Positions 1-6,281 of a stretch of 6,391 nucleotides of DNA are shown one piece after another. The first letter of the stretch is position 1; every line of letters begins with the position of its first letter. The notes under the pieces were generated by a model that saw only the letters and a program-made list of their open reading frames with translations, did not search any database and was not told the DNA's origin. The stretch is from a virus (taxonomy: Duplodnaviria > Heunggongvirae > Uroviricota > Caudoviricetes): the IMG/VR virus record IMGVR_UViG_2778261391_000004, one strand, 5' to 3'. Position numbers and translations under genes: made by a program.

Positions 1-1038
1 AGTAAAACCGTTCAGCTTAATCACGGCTGGAACGATGAGGCATTTAATCCAAAGGATGCGCAGCGTTATCTCTGCCGCATCTGGAGCCTGATGCGCACGG
101 CATTCAAGGATAATGATTTACAGGTCTACGGTTTGCGTGTCGTCGAGCCACACCACGACGGAACGCCGCACTGGCATATGATGCTTTTTTGTAATCCACG
201 CCAGCGTAACCAGATTATTGAAATCATGCGTCGTTATGCGCTCAAAGAGGATGGCGACGAAAGAGGAGCCGCGCGAAACCGTTTTCAGGCAAAACACCTT
301 AACCGGGGCGGTGCTGCGGGATATATCGCGAAATACATCTCAAAAAATATCGACGGCTATGCACTGGATGGTCAGCTCGATAACGATACCGGCAGACCGC
401 TGAAAGACACTGCTGCGGCTGTTACCGCATGGGCGTCAACGTGGCGTATCCCGCAATTTAAAACGGTTGGCCTGCCGACAATGGGGGCTTACCGTGAACT
501 ACGCAAACTGCCTCGCGGCGTCAGCATTGCTGATGAGTTTGACGAACGCGTCGAGGCTGCACGCGCCGCCGCAGACAGTGGTGATTTTGCGTTGTATATC
601 AGCGCGCAGGGTGGGGCAAATGTCCCGCGCGATTGTCAGACTGTCAGGGTTGCCCGTAGCCCGTCGGATGACGTTAACGAGTACGAGGAAGAAGTCGAGA
701 GAGTGGTCGGCATTTACGCACCGCATCTCGGCGCGCGTCATATTCATATCACCAGAACCACGGACTGGCGCATTGTGCCGAAAGTGCCGGTCGTTGAGCC
801 TTTGACTTTAAAAAGCGGCATCGCCGCGCCTCGGAGTCCTGTCAATAACTGTGGAAAGCTCACCGGTGGTGATACTTCGTCACCGGCTCCCACGCCTTCT
901 GAACACGCCGCAGCAGTGCTTAATCTGGTTGATGACGGTGTTATCGAATGGAGTGACCCAGAGGTCGTCAGAGTGTTTAGAAACACATTAAAGCATTATT
1001 TGCCAATGTTTACTCGGCAAGAGAAGATAAGTGGCTAG
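1..1038 (+). CDS. A: Replication initiation endonuclease gpA (rolling-circle HUH nickase), C-terminal part; 5' end lies outside the window
   Basis: Frame 1 is open from base 1 (SKTVQLNHGWNDEAF...) to the TAG at 1036..1038. It contains an HUH motif (PHWHMM, 169..177) and a YIAKY double-tyrosine motif (322..336) like the catalytic tyrosines of phiX174/P2 A proteins. Codon usage is GC-rich like the phage backbone. Confidence 0.9.
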   Translation, partial: SKTVQLNHGWNDEAFNPKDAQRYLCRIWSLMRTAFKDNDLQVYGLRVVEPHHDGTPHWHMMLFCNPRQRNQIIEIMRRYALKEDGDERGAARNRFQAKHLNRGGAAGYIAKYISKNIDGYALDGQLDNDTGRPLKDTAAAVTAWASTWRIPQFKTVGLPTMGAYRELRKLPRGVSIADEFDERVEAARAAADSGDFALYISAQGGANVPRDCQTVRVARSPSDDVNEYEEEVERVVGIYAPHLGARHIHITRTTDWRIVPKVPVVEPLTLKSGIAAPRSPVNNCGKLTGGDTSSPAPTPSEHAAAVLNLVDDGVIEWSDPEVVRVFRNTLKHYLPMFTRQEKISG

Positions 1039-1252
1039 CTGATATAATTGCATAGGATTACATTGTTCGTTTGGATGGTCGGAGCTTGGAGAGAGTAACT
1101 GTCGTTCACTTGCTTTGAGTTTTTCAAAATGACCATCAGCAGCAAATTGGGAACTTCAGGGGGCTGGAGCGTGGCTATTAATCATCCGAAAAATCACTTT
1201 CTCACATTAAGGGATTGTTAGTTTGATTCAACTTTTAAAGCAACTATGGCTT

Positions 1253-1280
1253 TAGACAATGACTGATGTCATGATAGAAT
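1253..1280 (+). promoter_or_regulatory. Candidate sigma70 promoter for the methyltransferase gene
   Basis: -35-like TAGACA (1253..1258), 16-bp spacer, extended -10 TGaTAGAAT (1272..1280), about 40 bp upstream of the ATG at 1321. Sequence-only prediction. Confidence 0.3.
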
Positions 1281-1320
1281 ACATGATCGTTAGTTGAATC
1301 TTTAGCATGGTTATTTGAAT

Positions 1321-2472
1321 ATGAATGTAGTTGATTTATTCTCTGGAGTTGGCGGTTTAAGCTTAGGGGCAACTCGAGCCGGTTTCAACTTGGTTGGAGC
1401 TGTTGAACTGGATAAACATGCTATTTTTTCACATGAGTTAAACTTCCCAAAATCAACACATTTGCATCGGGATGTCTGCTCGCTTACAGCAAAAGATATT
1501 TTGTCTGCATGTGCTGTAAAGGACATTGATTGCGTTATTGGTGGTCCACCTTGCCAAGGATTTAGCACCATTGGAAAAAGGAATGCCAATGATACAAGAA
1601 ATGAATTGTATATTCATTTTTTTAGGTTGGTAAGTGAGTTATCTCCAATTTGTTTTTTGGCAGAGAATGTTCCAGGAATTATGGGTGAGAAATATAATCC
1701 AGTAAGAGAAGAAGCATTTTCTTTAGTTAGAGATGGCTATTGTTTATTACATCCAATAAGGGTTAATGCTTCAAATTATGGAGCACCTACGACACGGACA
1801 CGAATATTTTTCATGGGTTTTAAAAGAGGTTTTATTAATCAGTTAAAAGAATCTGATTTTTTTCCTAAAAATATAATAGAGCAGACTCTTGTCAAAGATG
1901 CACTCTACGGATTACCGCGAACTATAAGAAAAGAGTGGCAGACAGAGGAGCAAGGCTGGCGTTCAGTAAAAATGGATAAAGATGGTTACTATTATGAGCG
2001 ACTTTGGGGACATATACCAAATGGTGTAGGTGATGCAGAATCCATTCAAAATTTAAAGAAAGGATTGGTATCTGGCTTTTTAGGTACAGCTCATTCGGAG
2101 GAAGTGCTCAGGAGATATAGACAACTTTCATTCGGTGAAACTGATAAGATTTCGAGATCACAACGACTCAATCCTAACGGTTTTTGTCCAACTTTGAGAG
2201 CAGGTACAGGAAGTGACAAGGGGAGTTATCAGGCCGTTAGGCCAATTCACCCTACTCAAGCTAGGGTGATAACTCCTCGTGAAGCAGCTAGGTTACAAGG
2301 GTTTCCTGATTGGTTCCGTTTTCATCCTACAAAGTGGCACAGTTTTAGACAGATAGGTAATAGCGTTAGTCCGCTTGTGGCTGAGGCTATGCTATTACCT
2401 TTATACGATTACTGTTTAAAAGTTAAAAAAGAATCTTTGAATACCATGGAACGACCTTGTAGTATTCGATAA
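1321..2472 (+). CDS. DNA (cytosine-5)-methyltransferase (Dcm-like C5-MTase)
   Basis: Long ORF with C5-MTase motifs in canonical order: motif I FSGVGG (1339..1356), motif IV GGPPCQGFS with the catalytic Cys codon at 1552..1554, motif VI ENVPG, and motif X QIGNSVSP near the C-terminus. The ORF track starts at TTG 1315; ATG 1321 is the more likely start. AT-rich codon usage. Confidence 0.9.
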   Translation: MNVVDLFSGVGGLSLGATRAGFNLVGAVELDKHAIFSHELNFPKSTHLHRDVCSLTAKDILSACAVKDIDCVIGGPPCQGFSTIGKRNANDTRNELYIHFFRLVSELSPICFLAENVPGIMGEKYNPVREEAFSLVRDGYCLLHPIRVNASNYGAPTTRTRIFFMGFKRGFINQLKESDFFPKNIIEQTLVKDALYGLPRTIRKEWQTEEQGWRSVKMDKDGYYYERLWGHIPNGVGDAESIQNLKKGLVSGFLGTAHSEEVLRRYRQLSFGETDKISRSQRLNPNGFCPTLRAGTGSDKGSYQAVRPIHPTQARVITPREAARLQGFPDWFRFHPTKWHSFRQIGNSVSPLVAEAMLLPLYDYCLKVKKESLNTMERPCSIR

Positions 2473-3415
2473 AATTACTTAGATCGGAGTTGGCTCCAGA
2501 AGGAGTGGAGCCAATGTAAAACCCTAGAGTTTCATGGATGTTTTCTACTGAAGCTTCGGGTAATAAAGATTCAATATGTATCCTTTCTTTTAAAGACATA
2601 GCAGGGACGTTTATATTTTTAGGATTACTCCACTTCCCATCATAAAATGGCCAATTCTTGATTCTGGAATTATCAATAAATTTAGCTTCTTCTGTATCAG
2701 TGTTTTCAAGAACGATAGCTGTTAAAGTAACCATCTGTTGGCCATCTTTATAAACGAAAGAAGTTAATGGATGTATTCTTATGTCATTTCGACCTTTTAA
2801 TCCATGCCCTATTGCGCGTCTCATAGCATTAACTAGGAGCATAGGGTATTTTTTAAATCCGACATCTTCGACTACTGCATTCGGTGGTAAAAAATCTTGA
2901 GTCAAAATATCGTTTATCTTTTGAAATCTATATGCTCTTGGATCTCGTTCGCTCGGGTTTTTTCCCAAGGCTTCAGGGTTTGCATTTAAAGTGATCTTAA
3001 AAATGTCTTTGGGTTTTAGCTTTGTAACCAAATTAACTATTTCATTTAACTGAGCATTTAAGTCTGAAGGCGTTGCATAATCTAACCATATGATCGTTTT
3101 ATCGTCAAAGTTATAGCGATTGATGAAGTCTCCGCTCATTTCTGGGGTATCACCCAAATTTATGCAAGATAATGGTTTGTTAAACTGTTGTCGGCAATGG
3201 ACATTTTTATCTCCTTCGATAGATATCATTTTAGTCACTTTTAACAAATTATGAATTTGTTTGAAATCTTCGAGGAAAGGCCCCCCGAATCCTATATATA
3301 CATATTCGGATATGTTTGTATAATTGTTTAACCTTCTTAGGGATTCTATAAATAGATTCCTTTCAATGGCTTTGTTTTGCCGCAAATGATATGGGATGCT
3401 TCCGCCAGTACTCAT
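2423..3415 (-). CDS. Hypothetical protein (330 aa), second gene of the GHKL-ATPase operon; candidate effector or partner of unknown fold
   Basis: Uninterrupted 330-codon ORF whose ATG (3415..3413) overlaps the TGA of the upstream ATPase gene (ATGA coupling), with an AAGG Shine-Dalgarno-like element upstream. It has the same AT-rich composition as its neighbours. It contains a glycine-rich YVYIGFGGPF segment followed by acidic strand-end residues (ISIEGD, IIWLDY), reminiscent of a Rossmann-like fold, but function cannot be assigned by eye. Confidence 0.6.
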   Translation of the reverse strand: MSTGGSIPYHLRQNKAIERNLFIESLRRLNNYTNISEYVYIGFGGPFLEDFKQIHNLLKVTKMISIEGDKNVHCRQQFNKPLSCINLGDTPEMSGDFINRYNFDDKTIIWLDYATPSDLNAQLNEIVNLVTKLKPKDIFKITLNANPEALGKNPSERDPRAYRFQKINDILTQDFLPPNAVVEDVGFKKYPMLLVNAMRRAIGHGLKGRNDIRIHPLTSFVYKDGQQMVTLTAIVLENTDTEEAKFIDNSRIKNWPFYDGKWSNPKNINVPAMSLKERIHIESLLPEASVENIHETLGFYIGSTPSGANSDLSNFIEYYKVVPWYSKILF

Positions 3416-4836
3416 TGTTTAGCCTTTTTTAGAAATTCATCAAAACAATATTGACCAACCTCTGTTGGTGGTTGAGTTGCATCATCAAAGAGAAACTCTG
3501 ACACCAGTTTTATTTCACTATGTCTACGGCTAAATTTTATCTGACGTAATGGATCCGAATCCCGAGGCATTGGTAGCTTCGGTTTGAAAACTTCTCCTCC
3601 TATTGAACGTCGAACGTTCGACCAGTTTTCTCTAGGAATTGATTTAGTAAAGTCGACCTCAGTTGTTGAAACCATATTGGATGCAGTATTAATAATTTGC
3701 TTTCTTTCCTCTGCGTTACTTTTCCATTTGTTGGTAAAGTCCGTGAAGAATTTTAAACCCTCGCGCATAAAATCTTTAGTAGAAAGATATAGCTCAGAGT
3801 TACCATCAACACCTCGTTTAGTTGTAGTGATAGGTAGTAATTCAGCATTTGATGATGTGAAAATAACAACACCAGAAATTCCGATGAATTGAGTATGATA
3901 TTGTGGAACTCCAGCTTCTCCCCAACCTGTAAGCTTGGTTTTATCCGCATGTAGGACTACACGATCATTGCATATAATTGTCCAACCAGCTTTTTCTGTT
4001 GTGGAACGGCCTGATAATAAATTCTCTTCTTCTTCCTCACTAGGCAAGTTACGATAAAATCCAACTGCAACTTTAATTGAAACTCCATTTGAATTATTTT
4101 TATATACATAAGGAGCAATGCCGTCGGTATTGCCTTTAATGGCTTCTTCATCAAATATTAAATTGGTGCTATTTGGCTTAACAATACATCCATTTACTTT
4201 AACCTCAAACCCTTTTTTAATGATTAAACTATAATGATTTGCTATGATATTAATCAAAACTTCTTCAAAGCCACGATCCTTTGATAGGGATGCTTTAATA
4301 TCTTTCCTTAAATTGTTAATTTGGATGCTGACGCCTGTTTCGTTTAAGTCAACATTATTTCGCTCTAACTCCAAAGACCAGTTTTCATCATCAGCCATCC
4401 ATTCAGGAGAAATGGTAACTGAAAATTGTTCGTTTTCAGTTTTGCTTAAAATCTGAGCAGATGTCCCCATTTTGAAAATCGCTCGTTTCATTCCGATACC
4501 ATATACACCAATTGTCGGGAGATCATCCGCCTCACGTTCTGCAGGTCTACCCAACCTAAACGCATAGCTTTCCGCAAGTTTTGCTGGAATACCTCCGCAA
4601 TTATCAGTTATTCTGAAACTATTCTCATCAAATTCAATATGAGCATAGTAACCCTTGTAAACGTCTGATTTACCGAAGGTTTGCTCTGGAGTGAAATTGT
4701 TTTTTCTTAATACACCATCTAGGCAGTTATCTAGTAAATCTAGAATTGAGTCAGACAACTCAATATCTCGGGTGAGCATCTCAACAAAGAATCTTTTTGC
4801 TGGAAATGCTGCTATTTTGACGTTTGACGAAACCAT
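3412..4836 (-). CDS. GHKL-superfamily ATPase, MORC/HATPase_c_3-like (474 aa)
   Basis: Bergerat-fold motifs in canonical order in the N-terminal 120 residues: N-box DLLDNCLDG (4717..4740), G1 box DNCGG (4591..4605), G2 box GVYGIGMK (4486..4509). AAGGA Shine-Dalgarno 6 nt upstream of the ATG at 4836. Long ORF with AT-rich codon usage. Confidence 0.8.
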   Translation of the reverse strand: MVSSNVKIAAFPAKRFFVEMLTRDIELSDSILDLLDNCLDGVLRKNNFTPEQTFGKSDVYKGYYAHIEFDENSFRITDNCGGIPAKLAESYAFRLGRPAEREADDLPTIGVYGIGMKRAIFKMGTSAQILSKTENEQFSVTISPEWMADDENWSLELERNNVDLNETGVSIQINNLRKDIKASLSKDRGFEEVLINIIANHYSLIIKKGFEVKVNGCIVKPNSTNLIFDEEAIKGNTDGIAPYVYKNNSNGVSIKVAVGFYRNLPSEEEEENLLSGRSTTEKAGWTIICNDRVVLHADKTKLTGWGEAGVPQYHTQFIGISGVVIFTSSNAELLPITTTKRGVDGNSELYLSTKDFMREGLKFFTDFTNKWKSNAEERKQIINTASNMVSTTEVDFTKSIPRENWSNVRRSIGGEVFKPKLPMPRDSDPLRQIKFSRRHSEIKLVSEFLFDDATQPPTEVGQYCFDEFLKKAKQ

Positions 4837-4859
4837 AAATTATCCTTTTTCGAACAGTA

Positions 4860-4889
4860 ATTTTCGCATTCATGCATAATGGCTGTGAA
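4860..4889 (-). promoter_or_regulatory. Candidate sigma70 promoter for the ATPase/330-aa operon
   Basis: On the minus strand: -35-like TTCACA (4889..4884), 18-bp spacer, -10-like GAAAAT (4865..4860), about 25 nt upstream of the ATG at 4836. Weak match, sequence-only. Confidence 0.25.
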
Positions 4890-5034
4890 CGAAGATTCGT
4901 CTTGATTAGGCGTGCATGATTTTGCATACAAAATGTATGAAAAAAAAAGCTGCCTGTCTATGACTGATAGCCGTCTAGTTACTTGGTTTTCAAGACAAAT
5001 GCGACTGCATCAAAACCGTCTCATGAAGCGGGCG

Positions 5035-5053
5035 GGCGAGGCGGGGAAAGCAC
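5035..5053. other. cos site: 19-nt cohesive-end sequence of P2-type phages (terminase cleavage site)
   Basis: Exact occurrence of GGCGAGGCGGGGAAAGCAC, which I recall as the P2/186 cohesive end, in the expected place between the cargo region and gene Q. Confidence 0.75.
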
Positions 5054-5086
5054 TGCGCGCTGGCGGTGGTGCTGATTTTATTTTTT

Positions 5087-5123
5087 CAGCGTCTCAGCGT
5101 CTCAGCGTCTCAGCGTCTCAGCG
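5087..5123. repeat. Tandem direct repeat (CAGCGTCT)x4 plus partial copy CAGCG, 34 bp downstream of cos
   Basis: Read directly from the sequence: cagcgtct cagcgtct cagcgtct cagcgtct cagcg. Confidence 0.85.
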
Positions 5124-5219
5124 CGTCGTGACGGCGTTTGGATTGTGCGCCGGGGCGTTGGTGTGTCTGCGGGGTGTTTTGTGCGGTGGTGAGCGTGTGA
5201 GGGCGTGATGACGGGGTGT

Positions 5220-5241
5220 CAAAAAGCCGCCCGCAGGCGGC
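5220..5241 (-). terminator. Rho-independent terminator downstream of portal gene Q
   Basis: On the minus strand: 6-bp GC stem GCCGCC / GGCGGC with a 4-nt loop (5226..5241) followed by TTTTT (complement of 5221..5225), starting 5 nt after the Q stop codon. Confidence 0.65.
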
Positions 5242-5246
5242 GTTGT

Positions 5247-6281
5247 TCAGTCGTTGTCAGTGTCCAGTGAGTAGTTTTTAAAGCGGATGACCTCCTGACC
5301 GAGCCAGCCGTTTATCTCGCGGATCCTGTCCTGTAACGGGATAAGCTCATTGCGGACAAAGACCTTTGCCACTTTCTCAATATCACCCAGCGACCCGACG
5401 TTCTCCGGCTTGCCGCCCATCAACTGAAAGGGGATGCGGTGCGCGTCCAGCAGGTCTGCGGCGCTGGCTTTTTTGATATTAAAAAAATCGTCCTTCGTCG
5501 CCACTTCACTGAGCGGGATAATTTTAATGCCGTCGGCTTTCCCCTGCGGGGCATAGAGAAACAGATTTTTAAAGTTATTGCGGCCTTTCGACTTAACCAT
5601 GTTTTCGCGAAGCATTTCGATATCGTTGCGATCCTGCACGGCATCGGTGACGTACATGATGTATCCGGCATGTGCGCCATTTTCGTAATACTTGCGGCGG
5701 AACAGCGTGGCCGACTCATTCAGCCAGGCAGAGTTAAGGGCGCTGAGATATTCCGGCAGGCCGTACAGCTCCTGATTAATATCCGGCTCCAGCAGGTGAA
5801 ACACGGAACCGGGCGCGAAGGCTGTCGGCTCGTTGAAGGACGGCACCCACCAGTAAACATCCTCTTCCACACCACGGCGGGTATATTTTGCCGGTGAGGT
5901 TTCCAGTCTGATGACTTTACCGGTAGTGCTGTAACGCTTTTCCAGAAACGCATTACCGAACACCAGAAAATCCAGCACAAAGCGGCTGAAATCCTGCTGG
6001 GAAAGCCACGGATGCGGGATAAATGTCGAGGCCAGAATATTGCGTTTGACGTAAATCGGCGAGCTGTGATGCACGGCAGCACGCAGGCTTTTCGCCAGAC
6101 CGGTAAAGCTGACCGGCGGCTCATACCATCTGCCGTTACTGATGCACTCGACGTAATCCAGAATGTCACGGCGGTCGAGTACCGGCACCGGCTCACCAAA
6201 GGTGAATGCCTCCATTTTCGGGGCGCTGGCGGTCATTTTTTTTGCCGCAGGTTGCGGTGTTTTCCCTTTTTTCTTGCTCAT
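5247..6281 (-). CDS. Q: Portal protein gpQ (capsid portal vertex protein)
   Basis: 344-aa ORF (MSKKKGKTPQPAAKK...DTDND) that I recognise as the P2 Q protein. GC-rich backbone composition, followed by a terminator and positioned next to cos as in P2. Confidence 0.95.
   Translation of the reverse strand: MSKKKGKTPQPAAKKMTASAPKMEAFTFGEPVPVLDRRDILDYVECISNGRWYEPPVSFTGLAKSLRAAVHHSSPIYVKRNILASTFIPHPWLSQQDFSRFVLDFLVFGNAFLEKRYSTTGKVIRLETSPAKYTRRGVEEDVYWWVPSFNEPTAFAPGSVFHLLEPDINQELYGLPEYLSALNSAWLNESATLFRRKYYENGAHAGYIMYVTDAVQDRNDIEMLRENMVKSKGRNNFKNLFLYAPQGKADGIKIIPLSEVATKDDFFNIKKASAADLLDAHRIPFQLMGGKPENVGSLGDIEKVAKVFVRNELIPLQDRIREINGWLGQEVIRFKNYSLDTDND

Larger units (their letters stand above)
1039..5034. 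other. AT-rich cargo island occupying the P2 tin/old-equivalent hotspot between gene A and cos
   Basis: Abrupt drop in G+C (by eye, well below the flanking A and Q/P genes) beginning immediately after the gpA stop and ending shortly before cos. The three genes inside have no counterpart in the conserved P2 backbone. Confidence 0.75.

Noticed and set aside
218-986. Four short ORFs from the track (218..403 +, 467..805 +, 499..747 -, 744..986 -) inside gene A
   Set aside because: All lie in alternative frames or on the opposite strand of the strongly supported gpA reading frame, and arise from GC-rich sequence with few stop codons. No independent support.
1130-1222. 30-codon ORF (MTISSKLGTSGGWSVAINHPKNHFLTLRDC) in the A-MTase intergenic region
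   Set aside because: Very short, no Shine-Dalgarno, no recognisable motif. Most likely chance.
1311-1589. 92-aa minus-strand ORF overlapping the start of the methyltransferase
   Set aside because: Antisense to a well-supported MTase ORF with diagnostic motifs; low-complexity product.
3584-4879. Plus- and minus-strand ORFs of 62..102 aa (3584..3892, 3753..3950, 3957..4154, 4244..4456, 4691..4879) inside the ATPase gene
   Set aside because: Nested within or antisense to the 474-aa GHKL ATPase ORF. AT-rich sequence gives hydrophobic, low-complexity translations and no start signals.
4925-4948. Rho-independent terminator at the CATACA/TGTATG hairpin
   Set aside because: The T-run precedes the hairpin on both strands rather than following it, and the stem is only 6 bp and AT-rich. 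Kept as a possible operator instead.
1039-5034. Homologues of P2 tin, old or orf91 in the hotspot
   Set aside because: The 474-aa protein has GHKL motifs, not the ATP-binding/TOPRIM organisation of Old, and nothing resembles Tin. The cargo appears to replace these genes.
5087-5123. Possible CRISPR-like array
   Set aside because: The units are 8 bp, directly abutting, with no spacers, and there are no cas genes. It is a simple tandem repeat.
4912-5208. 98-aa plus-strand ORF spanning cos and the octamer repeat
   Set aside because: It runs across the non-coding cos site and tandem repeat, and its Ala/Gly/Ser/Arg-rich product is the translation of GC-rich repeats. It is an artefact of GC-rich non-coding DNA.
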